From Elusimicrobia bacterium LH_S2 (GTDB lineage: Bacteria; CG03; SLGR01; JAGXOG01), in the NCBI GenBank assembly GCA_023660015.1, contig JAGXOG010000001.1:1-63673 (forward strand): a stretch of 63,673 bases of DNA, read 5' to 3'. Shown piece by piece: positions 45,382-53,192 of the stretch (the stretch's first letter is position 1; each line of letters begins with the position of its first letter). Made by a program: the position numbers and the translations under genes. Under the pieces are notes generated by a model. That model saw only the letters and a list, made by a program, of their open reading frames with translations. It made no database searches and was not told the origin of the DNA.

Positions 45382-46706
45382 TGAACAGGGAAGAGATATT
45401 AAATAAAATAATGGATGCCGGGATAGTCGGTGCCGGCGGAGCGGGTTTTCCGTCACATCTTAAAGTATCGGCTGACGTGGATACAGTAATTGCTAACGGC
45501 GCAGAATGCGAACCTCTGCTTTCTACGGACAAGTACCTTATGGAGACAAAAGCCCGCGAAATAGCCGAAGGGTTAAGGCTGATAAAACAGACTACCGGCG
45601 CGAAAAATCTTTATATTGCATTAAAGAAAAAATATAAAAAAGCTGTAGATGCTTTTAATTCTGTTCTCGGTTCGTCTTCGGATATAGAACTCATACTTCT
45701 TGAAAATTATTATCCGGCCGGCGATGAATTTGAGTTGGTATATGATATTACCGAGAGGCTCATCCCGGAAGGCGGTATTCCCCTTAATGTGGGGGTTGTG
45801 GTCACCAATGTCAATACAATATTAAATATATACTTGGCGGTAACTAAACAGCAACCGGGGACTACCCGCTGGGTTACGGTCGCCGGCAACCTGAAAGAGC
45901 CGTATCTTACCGAAGTCCCGGTTGGAATAAAAATCGGGGAGCTGATAAATAAAGCAAAACCAATTGCCGAAGATTATAAAATAGTAGCCGGGGGCCCGAT
46001 GACCGGAGAGATAGTTGATGAAAATTTCAGGGTGACAAAACTTGACGGCGGGGTGCTTGTCCTTCCTGAAGATAACCCGGTCATAGCTAAAAAGATGAGG
46101 ACTTTGCGGTCCTGGGAAAAGATAGGAAAATCTACCTGTGACCAGTGTTTTGATTGTTCAATTGTCTGCCCCCGGAATCTTTTAGGCCATGACCTGGAGC
46201 CGCACAAGATGATGAGGAATCTTTTTATAGATCCTGAAAATTCGCCGGTAGAGATAACAAATTCATATCTCTGCAGCAACTGCGGCCTCTGTGACATGTT
46301 TGCCTGTCCTTTAGGTCTTTCTCCCCGGGCGCTGCTTCAGCAGGCAGCGGCCGAACTTACACAGGATGGGATAAATTCGCCCCATAACCGGACAGAATTA
46401 GAGCCCCATCCGGAAAGAGATTTCAGAAGGGTAAGCACAGACAGGCTCACTGCCCGGCTGGATATAGAAAAGTATGAGATAAACGGAGATTACAGAATTA
46501 AAAAGATAAAAACTTCCAAAGTTATGATACCTTTAAAACAGCATATAGGAGCGCCGGCCGCCGCTGTAGTTAAAAAAGGAGATAAAGTTAAAAAGGGGGA
46601 TCTTATAGCTTCTGTACCTGAAAAAGAAATAGGGGCAAACATACATGCAAGTATTGACGGAACAGTAGCCGGGATAAGAAATGAAAATATTGAAATTAAA
46701 GGATAG
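45381..46706 (+). CDS. PduS/RnfC-like flavo-iron-sulfur protein (two 4Fe-4S motifs, C-terminal RnfC-type barrel-sandwich domain)
   Basis: It contains GIVGAGGAGFPSHLKV, CDQCFDCSIVCP and CSNCGLCDMFACP. A GTG at 45381 overlaps the upstream TAG (TAGTG) with AGGA 7 nt upstream; the track ORF opens at 45348. Confidence 0.8.
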   Translation: MNREEILNKIMDAGIVGAGGAGFPSHLKVSADVDTVIANGAECEPLLSTDKYLMETKAREIAEGLRLIKQTTGAKNLYIALKKKYKKAVDAFNSVLGSSSDIELILLENYYPAGDEFELVYDITERLIPEGGIPLNVGVVVTNVNTILNIYLAVTKQQPGTTRWVTVAGNLKEPYLTEVPVGIKIGELINKAKPIAEDYKIVAGGPMTGEIVDENFRVTKLDGGVLVLPEDNPVIAKKMRTLRSWEKIGKSTCDQCFDCSIVCPRNLLGHDLEPHKMMRNLFIDPENSPVEITNSYLCSNCGLCDMFACPLGLSPRALLQQAAAELTQDGINSPHNRTELEPHPERDFRRVSTDRLTARLDIEKYEINGDYRIKKIKTSKVMIPLKQHIGAPAAAVVKKGDKVKKGDLIASVPEKEIGANIHASIDGTVAGIRNENIEIKG

Positions 46707-46715
46707 GTGATATAG

Positions 46716-47267
46716 ATGAAAAATGCAATTGGTTTAATTGAGTTAAACAGCATAGCCAAAGGTTTTGAAATCACGGATGCTCTTTTAAAGACAGCCGAAA
46801 GCCGGTTGGTGGAAGCTCATTCGGTCTGCCCGGGTAAATTTATCGTTCTTATTACCGGGACTACGGCCGATGTGCAAAGTTCGCTGCAGTCCGGGTTGGA
46901 TATTGCCGCCGATGCTTTTATTGATAAACTTATGATACCTAATATTCACCAGGATTTGGTATCGGCATTAAGAGGGATTACGGCAGTTTCCGAACTGGAA
47001 GCCCTGGGCATTATAGAAACATTTTCTGCGGCTTCGGCCATAATCGCAGCCGACGCGGCGGCAAAAAAAGCTATGGTTAAACTTATTGATATACGGCTGG
47101 CTAATGCTTTGGGAGGCAAAGCTTATCTTACCTTGACCGGGGAAGTAGGAGCAGTTCGCTCGGCGGTAAATGCAGGCAGCAACGCGGTAAAAGTTGCCGA
47201 AGGTATATTAATACGGCGAATTGTTATACCGCGCCCTCACAAGGATTTAAGAAAGAGCGTACTTTAG
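46716..47267 (+). CDS. BMC-T tandem-domain shell protein, PduT-like (Cys38 conserved)
   Basis: There are two Pfam00936-like halves (AIGLIELNSIAKG... and ALGIIETFSAASA...) in 183 aa. A Cys at residue 38 (HSVCPGKF, codon 46827-46829) occupies the position of the PduT 4Fe-4S ligand. Confidence 0.8.
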   Translation: MKNAIGLIELNSIAKGFEITDALLKTAESRLVEAHSVCPGKFIVLITGTTADVQSSLQSGLDIAADAFIDKLMIPNIHQDLVSALRGITAVSELEALGIIETFSAASAIIAADAAAKKAMVKLIDIRLANALGGKAYLTLTGEVGAVRSAVNAGSNAVKVAEGILIRRIVIPRPHKDLRKSVL

Positions 47268-47278
47268 GGAGAAAGATT

Positions 47279-47728
47279 ATGGATATTGTAATTGGTTCAG
47301 ATCACGGCGGCTTTAAATTAAAAGAAGAGATAAAAATATATCTTCAGGATAGAGGGTATAACATTGTTGATTTCGGCACTTATGAGGAAGAATCCTGCGA
47401 TTATCCCGATTATGCGCTTTTAGTAGCCCAAGCTATATTGGACGGGGAATATAAAAAAGGTATTTTATTTGACGGTACCGGGGGAGGAGTATGTCTTACT
47501 GCTAATAAAGTTAAGGGGGTGCGGGCGGTAACTGCTTACAACCGCTTGACCGGAAGCTATGCCTCCGAGCATGATGACTGTAATGTCTTATGTCTGGGAG
47601 GAAAGATGCTCGGGGAACTTGTCGCCAGGGATATAGTCGATGCCTGGTTGGATACTCCGTTCGGCGAGGGGCGCCACCAGAGAAGATTAAATAAGGTGGA
47701 GGATGTGGAAGAGAAATATTTTAAGTAA
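47279..47728 (+). CDS. RpiB/LacA/LacB-family sugar-phosphate isomerase, variant with Asp at the catalytic Cys position
   Basis: IGSDHGGFKLK...GILFDGTGGGVCLTANKVKGVRAV...GEGRHQRRL. The codon at 47471-47473 is GAC, where RpiB normally has the Cys of the ICGTG motif. Confidence 0.8.
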   Translation: MDIVIGSDHGGFKLKEEIKIYLQDRGYNIVDFGTYEEESCDYPDYALLVAQAILDGEYKKGILFDGTGGGVCLTANKVKGVRAVTAYNRLTGSYASEHDDCNVLCLGGKMLGELVARDIVDAWLDTPFGEGRHQRRLNKVEDVEEKYFK

Positions 47729-47789
47729 ACAACGATGAATAGAACTACAGTACCGGCGACATTATTATCTTAGTCTGCTTGTTATGAGG

Positions 47790-47810
47790 TGCCGGCATTT
47801 CCTGCCGGCA
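47790..47810 (+). other. Perfect 8-bp stem hairpin (TGCCGGCA-TTTCC-TGCCGGCA) in the spacer between the two rpiB paralogs
   Basis: It is read directly from the sequence. The stem is GC-rich, sits in an AT-rich 130-nt spacer and has no following U-run. Confidence 0.5.
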
Positions 47811-47858
47811 AATCTGAGAATAAATATTGTCAGTACTGTTTCTACGGAGAATTTTTAG

Positions 47859-48302
47859 ATGAAAATTGCAATTGGGTCAGATCACAGAGGATTTCAATTA
47901 AAAAGAGGACTTAAAAATTTGCTCAATAAGATAGGGCATGAGACAGAAGATATGGGGCCGGATACGGAGGATTCCGTAGATTATCCCATATATGCTAAAA
48001 AAGTCGCCGACAGCGTCTCGTCGGGAAAAACCGTCAAAGGGATAGTTATATGCGGAAGCGGTATCGGGGCATCTATAGCTTCAAATAAAGTTAAAGGTAT
48101 AAGGGCAACTCTTTCCCGCTCTATAAATGATGCTCAAATGGGAGTAAGGCATAATAATGCAAATATTCTTTGCCTGGGAGCGGATGTAACTTCCGGAAAA
48201 AAAGCCGCAAAGATAGTAAGAGAATTTTTAAAAGCAGAATTTGAAGGCGGTAGGCATCAAAGGAGAGTAGATATTATTACTAAAATAGAGGAAGGAAGAT
48301 GA
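47859..48302 (+). CDS. rpiB: Ribose-5-phosphate isomerase B (canonical Cys-type RpiB)
   Basis: IGSDHRGFQLK...GIVICGSGIGASIASNKVKGIRA...EGGRHQRRV. Confidence 0.85.
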   Translation: MKIAIGSDHRGFQLKRGLKNLLNKIGHETEDMGPDTEDSVDYPIYAKKVADSVSSGKTVKGIVICGSGIGASIASNKVKGIRATLSRSINDAQMGVRHNNANILCLGADVTSGKKAAKIVREFLKAEFEGGRHQRRVDIITKIEEGR

Positions 48303-48604
48303 AAGCGGCAAAAGTAGTCGGACGGGTTACGGCCACAACAAAGTATAAAACAATGGAAGGTAAAAAAATCCTTCTTTTAAGACCTCTATCTTGGAGAGAA
48401 GCCGCTCAGGCCTTCCGTTTAAAAGGTAAAGACCTTGCGCCGGAACCCAAAAAATCAATTATCGCTCTTGACTCGGTAGGGGCGGGAGCTTCGGAATATA
48501 TTTTTTATGTTTCTTCAAAAGAAGCTTGCCAGGCTTTTGACAATGACGCTATATGTAATTATGCTGTAATCGGGATACTTGACGGGGTGGATATAAAAGA
48601 GTGA
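48299..48604 (+). CDS. BMC-P pentameric vertex protein (EutN/CcmL family), paralog 2
   Basis: MKAAKVVGRVTATTKYKTMEGKKILLLRPL...ALDSVGAGASEYIFYVSS. The start overlaps the rpiB stop (ATGA). Confidence 0.85.
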   Translation: MKAAKVVGRVTATTKYKTMEGKKILLLRPLSWREAAQAFRLKGKDLAPEPKKSIIALDSVGAGASEYIFYVSSKEACQAFDNDAICNYAVIGILDGVDIKE

Positions 48605-48748
48605 GATAACCATGAATTATTACCAGCAGAAAAGAATTAAAATTAAATCTGTCGGCAGCATTTGTTTTCTCATTCTCGCTACGCTCCGAGGTCGCAAACA
48701 GCTGAATCCGGAGATGAATACCGTCGGTATATTTGGGAGCATTTGTAG

Positions 48749-49042
48749 ATGAAAGTTGCAAAAGTCATAGGTAATGCCTGGGCTACCAGAAAACATCCGA
48801 TTTTAGAGTCAAAAAAACTTTTAATAGTTGAGCCGGTAGACGAAACTACCGCCGTGCCCAACGGGGAACCCTTATTGGCCATTGATTCGGCCGGTGCAGG
48901 TGTGGGGGATACCGTACTGGTGCTGGACGAAGGGACCTCGTGCAGGCAGATAGTGGGTGTGGACCATGCTCCGACCCGGACTATAATAATCGGGATTGTA
49001 GATGAAACTTATAAAAAAGGCAAAAAGAGAAGTTATCATTAA
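48749..49042 (+). CDS. BMC-P pentameric vertex protein (EutN/CcmL family), paralog 3
   Basis: [30 protein letters not shown]...[19 protein letters not shown]. Confidence 0.85.
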   Translation: MKVAKVIGNAWATRKHPILESKKLLIVEPVDETTAVPNGEPLLAIDSAGAGVGDTVLVLDEGTSCRQIVGVDHAPTRTIIIGIVDETYKKGKKRSYH

Positions 49043-49065
49043 TTAATAAAAATAAGGAGGAAAAA

Positions 49066-50472
49066 GTGCAGGAGAGTTATATAAAAAAAATTACTGCAGA
49101 AACAATGAACCGTCTGGAGAGTAAAAGAGGGGGTAAACGGGAACTCCTTTTGATATTTATGGGTGGAGACCGCGAAGTTGACGAATCGCTAAACCAGGTA
49201 AAATGTTTAAACGAAATGGGAATAAAATTTTCTGCTTACCTGACCGGTTCCGCTGACCGTATAATCGGCCGCAGCAGAGTTATGGCTGCCGGGGTAGAGA
49301 GAGTAATTGATGAAAGCGAAATATGGGACCGGGGGATACTTGACAAGTATGAAGCCATTATAATTCCGGTTTTGACCTTAAACGGAACGTCTAAGATAGC
49401 CAATATGGTAGCCGATAATCCTGCAAGTAACATAATCCTGCTTGCTTTAAGGCACGAGAAAAAGGTAATTATAGCCCGGGACTCGGTTATAAGCGGCGGA
49501 GGACCACAGCCGCCGGCTACCTCCGCGTTTATGAGAAATGTCAATGAGATGATAAATAAGATTAAAAATTTAGGAGCGACGGTAACAGTGGCTAAAAATT
49601 TAGCCCGACGGATTACGGAAGTATTAAATATATCTGCCCGGCCGGTTTCCGGAAACGCGGTCTCTGTAAACTCTTCGCCTCCTGCAGAAATGCCATGCGG
49701 GGGGGATGTATCTGCATGTGTTGAATGCGGTTTATGTGTGGTAAACCGCACTGAAGATGTTAAGAATATAGTTAATGCCGGGGCAAGTCGAGTATCTGCA
49801 AAGCAGGTAACGGAGGATATAGGAAATGATTTGGCCAAATATATAGATCATACGGATCTTAAGGCTGAGACTACCACAGAAGCTATAGGAAAACTTTGCG
49901 AAGAGGCAAAAGAATATCACTTTGCAACTGTCTGTGTAAATCCGGTTAACGTAAAGACCGCGGCCCAGCTTTTAAAAGGCAGCGGTGTCAGGGTCACTAC
50001 TGTTATAGGTTTCCCGCTGGGGGCCACTACTCCCACGGTAAAAGCATTGGAGGCAAGAGATGCAATAGCCAACGGTGCTGATGAGATAGATATGGTAATA
50101 AATGTCGGAGCCTTAAAAGGCGGAAATTACCGCCTGGTCGAGGACGATATAAAAGCCGTTCGGGAAGCTACAAGGGGTAAAGTCCTTAAAGTAATTTTAG
50201 AGACCTCTCTTTTAGATAACGACCAGATAGTGAAGGATTGTCAGATTTCAAAATCCGCAGGTGCTGATTTTGTTAAAACTTCTACGGGATTCGGTCCCGG
50301 TGGTGCAACCGAAGAAGATGTAAGCTTAATGAGAAAAACAGTAGGTCCGTCCATGGGGGTTAAAGCGGCGGGAGGCATACATTCGGAAGAAGAGGCCGAA
50401 GGCATGGTTAAGGCCGGGGCTTCCCGCATAGGCGCGTCGGCTTCGGTAGCCATAGTTACCGGCGGCGAATAG
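49066..50472 (+). CDS. deoC: Fusion protein: encapsulation-peptide-like helix + flavoprotein-like domain + CxxCxxC motif + deoxyribose-phosphate aldolase (DERA/DeoC)
   Basis: The C-terminal 230 aa or so read DHTDLK...ATVCVNP...IGFPLG...IDMVINVG...LKVILET...[10 protein letters not shown]...VKAAGGI, which is canonical DeoC. The N-terminus has [21 protein letters not shown] (flavoprotein-family-like) and [16 protein letters not shown]. Confidence 0.85.
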   Translation: MQESYIKKITAETMNRLESKRGGKRELLLIFMGGDREVDESLNQVKCLNEMGIKFSAYLTGSADRIIGRSRVMAAGVERVIDESEIWDRGILDKYEAIIIPVLTLNGTSKIANMVADNPASNIILLALRHEKKVIIARDSVISGGGPQPPATSAFMRNVNEMINKIKNLGATVTVAKNLARRITEVLNISARPVSGNAVSVNSSPPAEMPCGGDVSACVECGLCVVNRTEDVKNIVNAGASRVSAKQVTEDIGNDLAKYIDHTDLKAETTTEAIGKLCEEAKEYHFATVCVNPVNVKTAAQLLKGSGVRVTTVIGFPLGATTPTVKALEARDAIANGADEIDMVINVGALKGGNYRLVEDDIKAVREATRGKVLKVILETSLLDNDQIVKDCQISKSAGADFVKTSTGFGPGGATEEDVSLMRKTVGPSMGVKAAGGIHSEEEAEGMVKAGASRIGASASVAIVTGGE

Positions 50473-50550
50473 GAGAGCAATTATTAATAGGTATTTTTAG
50501 TTTATCGGAAATTTGGTAAAGATTGTAAAGAAGTATAAGGAGGAATAAAA

Positions 50551-50838
50551 ATGGCAGAAGCTAAACAAGCTTTAGGTATGATTGAAACTATAGGTCTTGT
50601 AGGTATGATTGAAGCCTCGGATGCTATGGTTAAGGCAGCAAAGGTTGACCTGGCCGGTTATGAGAAAATAGGCCAGGGTTATGTAACGACGATGGTTAGA
50701 GGTGAAGTAGGGGCAGTTAGGGCCGCGGTCGAGGCGGGTTCTACCGCAGCGCAAAAAGTCGGCGAATTAGTCAGCGTTCACGTGATTCCCAGGCCTCACG
50801 AAGATATAGAAAGTATTCTCCCTCAGGGTAACAAATAA
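50551..50838 (+). CDS. BMC-H shell protein (strong AAGGAGG RBS; likely the major shell hexamer)
   Basis: [28 protein letters not shown]...[14 protein letters not shown]. An AAGGAGG lies 7 nt upstream of the ATG. Confidence 0.9.
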   Translation: MAEAKQALGMIETIGLVGMIEASDAMVKAAKVDLAGYEKIGQGYVTTMVRGEVGAVRAAVEAGSTAAQKVGELVSVHVIPRPHEDIESILPQGNK

Positions 50839-50882
50839 AGAGATATATAAAACGGTTAAGATATAAAAATAGCGAGGTTTAA

Positions 50883-50919
50883 GTAATCCTCCGATAAAGA
50901 GGGTTACCCGCGTTTTTTT
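50883..50919 (+). terminator. Candidate Rho-independent terminator closing the BMC locus
   Basis: A 9-bp stem GTAATCCTC/GAGGGTTAC (one G-U pair) has the loop CGATAAA. It is followed by CCGCG and a T7 run at 50913-50919. Confidence 0.5.
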
Positions 50920-50980
50920 ATATCTATGCGTTAATTTATTGATAAGATTCCAATACTGTGTTATTTATTAATTGATAGTT

Positions 50981-51234
50981 TGGTATCGTACCAAAAATAA
51001 TGGATATATGAAAAATAGTTTTGCAAAGAGTCCCTTTTTTTACTCCGGTTGTTCTTTTGCTTTCAGCACGCAGAAGTCACGCTTGAAACTCAAAAACTTA
51101 CTCGTCATATTAACGAGCTCAAAGAATTTGAGTTCCTTCATAGCGGAACCAGCATGACTTTTGACAGGAGAACAAAGTTGTTCAAAAGAAACTCTTTGCA
51201 TAAAAGCCAGCCTATTAACTTTGGGACAACGTCA
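50981..51234 (+). mobile_element. MITE-like repeat, type A, full-length copy flanked by 6-bp direct repeat ATAGTT
   Basis: It aligns end to end with 40957-41210. ATAGTT lies at 50975-50980 and 51235-51240. Confidence 0.8.
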
Positions 51235-51250
51235 ATAGTTAAAAAGGTTT

Positions 51251-51550
51251 ATGTTAAATAAGGGTATTTTAAAGTTAACAGCCGATACTTTTGTGGATAT
51301 TATCAGCGAAAGAAATATTTCGCCGAAAATTTTGGATAATAAAAGTTATAAATCCGGTTTTTTTCTGCAAAAACCGTTTTCAGTAAACCGCACAACATTA
51401 AAAAACCGCAAAAAACTTATAACCGAAAGATATTTGTTAGACCTTATTGCCGAGGGAAGAAAAAGGGTAAGTTTTAATACCGATGTAATAATTACTCCGG
51501 CGGCAAGGTTAATTATTGAGGAAGGAAAAATAAAGATAGATGAACAATAG
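51251..51550 (+). CDS. Small hypothetical protein; C-terminal motif shared with the TPI N-terminal extension
   Basis: ORF from the track. RKRVSFNTDVIITPAARLIIEEGKIKIDE resembles RKKVVAHSASLVSPYARETALRFGIEIVE in the tpiA extension. It overlaps the next gene by 11 nt. Confidence 0.5.
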   Translation: MLNKGILKLTADTFVDIISERNISPKILDNKSYKSGFFLQKPFSVNRTTLKNRKKLITERYLLDLIAEGRKRVSFNTDVIITPAARLIIEEGKIKIDEQ

Positions 51551-52139
51551 CAATGATATAACTTTAAAGGACTATATAGACAAAGTCGCATCCTCGGCCG
51601 GCACACCCGGCGGCGGGAATGTTATATCTACGGTAAATTCCCTTGCTGCTTCCCTGATGCTTATGTCATTAAGAATAGTAATATTAAAAAAAAATAGCGC
51701 TTCCAAATCCGGCCTTGAGCTTGAAAAAGAACTCATAGTTATTAAAGAGGAATCTCTCGAACTTGCCGAAGCCGACAGCCGGGAATTTAAAGAGGTAATG
51801 AAAAACTGGTCGGGAGGCGGTCATCGCCTGGAAGAATCGCTAAAAGGCGCTGCGATGGTTTCGCTGGAAATTGCCCGAAAAGCTGTTGGCCTTATAGAGC
51901 TCATAGAGGCCCAGGATTTAGACGTTTATAAAAATATTATTACAGATGTAACCATATCTTTCCGGCTTGCCGAATCAGCTTTTCACGGAGGTATTGCCAA
52001 TTGTATTATAAACGCCGGGGCCTTAAGTAAAGAAAAAAATAAAGCAGAAATACTTAAATTGCAAAACGATATTGAAAAAAGGTATGCCCGAATAGCGAAT
52101 AGACTTACCGGTAAGCTTGATTTAATAATTAAAAGATGA
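51540..52139 (+). CDS. Cyclodeaminase/cyclohydrolase-family protein (FTCD C-terminal-domain-like)
   Basis: YIDKVASSAGTPGGGNVISTVNSLAASLMLM is the hallmark ..PtPGGGs.aa..gal.aaL..MV motif of the FTCD_C family. The protein is all-helical and about 200 aa. Confidence 0.7.
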   Translation: MNNSNDITLKDYIDKVASSAGTPGGGNVISTVNSLAASLMLMSLRIVILKKNSASKSGLELEKELIVIKEESLELAEADSREFKEVMKNWSGGGHRLEESLKGAAMVSLEIARKAVGLIELIEAQDLDVYKNIITDVTISFRLAESAFHGGIANCIINAGALSKEKNKAEILKLQNDIEKRYARIANRLTGKLDLIIKR

Positions 52140-53191
52140 CTATAAATAAATGGCAGGTTGTTAATGACCCTTCCCCGAAGTGGGCAAAAAGAATCCGGGC
52201 CGATGTAGTTGCCGACTCCAAAGAGGAAATCTTGGAGGCAATGGAGAACTACCAATATCCGTTTGGGACGGTTTTAAAATCTAAAAATAAAGATTATAAT
52301 TACAGTTTCTTTATCTATGAAGGAGATGACGAAGGCGGAAAAGAGTTAAAACAGGTTTTATCCGGCAAAAAACCTGAAGTTTCGCCGGTTTCTGAGGAAA
52401 CAGAAGATGAATCTGAACCCGGCCACGAAGGAATAAAGCCTGTAGAAGAAACAAAATCTGGATCTGAATCGGTATCCGAAGAGCTTGAATCTGAAGAAAA
52501 ATCAAAGCCTGAGGTTTCCCCGGCGCCCGAAGAAATAAAACCTGAAATTGCTTCTCCCACAGAAGAAGAAAAAATTAAAAATGAAAGATTTGAGCAAGAA
52601 GCGGATATAGTAGAAAAGCCCGGCGATAAAGCTTCCGCAAATAAAGAAGAGCTTCCGGATAAGGGGGAGGATGGATCTGTAATCAAAACCCCGGCACCTG
52701 CCGAAGAAAGAAAGACTCATCAAGTTAAAGAAAAGGATGAAAAATCACCTGAAGATAATAAAGAACCCCGACCCGATGAAGTCGGTAAAAAGGTTTCCCG
52801 GGTTATAAAATTGGGAGTTATCTATTCGCTTCTTTATGAAGACGTAAAAATATCTACAAAACAGCAGCCCGAAGGCGAAGAACCCTTAACAGAAAAGGTC
52901 TATGATATATTTATAAATAATTTAAACGAGATGGTTGCTAAACAGAATATTAAAGTTCTTTTTAAACTTTCTTATCAGATAGGTTATGACGGCCTTCCTG
53001 ACAAAGAAAAGGTAATGGAAGAACAAAAAGAAGCTGATGTATTAGTTATAATTGACGAAAAAGAGGGGACTGAAAAGCTTGAAAATGTTTTTACCCCGGC
53101 GAATATTGCAGTTTATAGTATGCCGGTTAAAGATATCAATAAGGATTACGAATACCTGAATCTTGCTGCGGATATGGCTTTAAGGATTTAA
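52136..53191 (+). CDS. Acidic, low-complexity-linker protein sharing N- and C-terminal modules with the downstream DnaA-like protein
   Basis: ATGA overlap with the upstream gene. A central E/K/P/S-rich stretch of about 170 aa separates the ends. The end modules align with those of the 53193 protein (see findings). Confidence 0.65.
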   Translation: MTINKWQVVNDPSPKWAKRIRADVVADSKEEILEAMENYQYPFGTVLKSKNKDYNYSFFIYEGDDEGGKELKQVLSGKKPEVSPVSEETEDESEPGHEGIKPVEETKSGSESVSEELESEEKSKPEVSPAPEEIKPEIASPTEEEKIKNERFEQEADIVEKPGDKASANKEELPDKGEDGSVIKTPAPAEERKTHQVKEKDEKSPEDNKEPRPDEVGKKVSRVIKLGVIYSLLYEDVKISTKQQPEGEEPLTEKVYDIFINNLNEMVAKQNIKVLFKLSYQIGYDGLPDKEKVMEEQKEADVLVIIDEKEGTEKLENVFTPANIAVYSMPVKDINKDYEYLNLAADMALRI

Positions 53192-53192
53192 T

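Noticed and set aside
49236-49838. A 200-aa minus-strand ORF lies antisense to the DERA fusion gene. Similar long antisense ORFs occur at 61022-61723 (233 aa), 61928-62641 (237 aa), 53690-54190, 56526-57044 and 44313-44786.
   Set aside because: Each lies opposite a + strand gene with unmistakable family motifs (DeoC, Ade, DeoB, DnaA-like, HK, ALDH). Their translations are Ser/Pro/Ile-rich without motifs. They are typical antisense shadows.
23574-51234. I asked whether the repeated elements of about 250 bp could be a CRISPR array or CRISPR-like repeats.
   Set aside because: The copies are kilobases apart, 160-260 bp long and internally palindromic, and they are flanked by short target duplications. 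There is no regular repeat-spacer periodicity and no cas genes.
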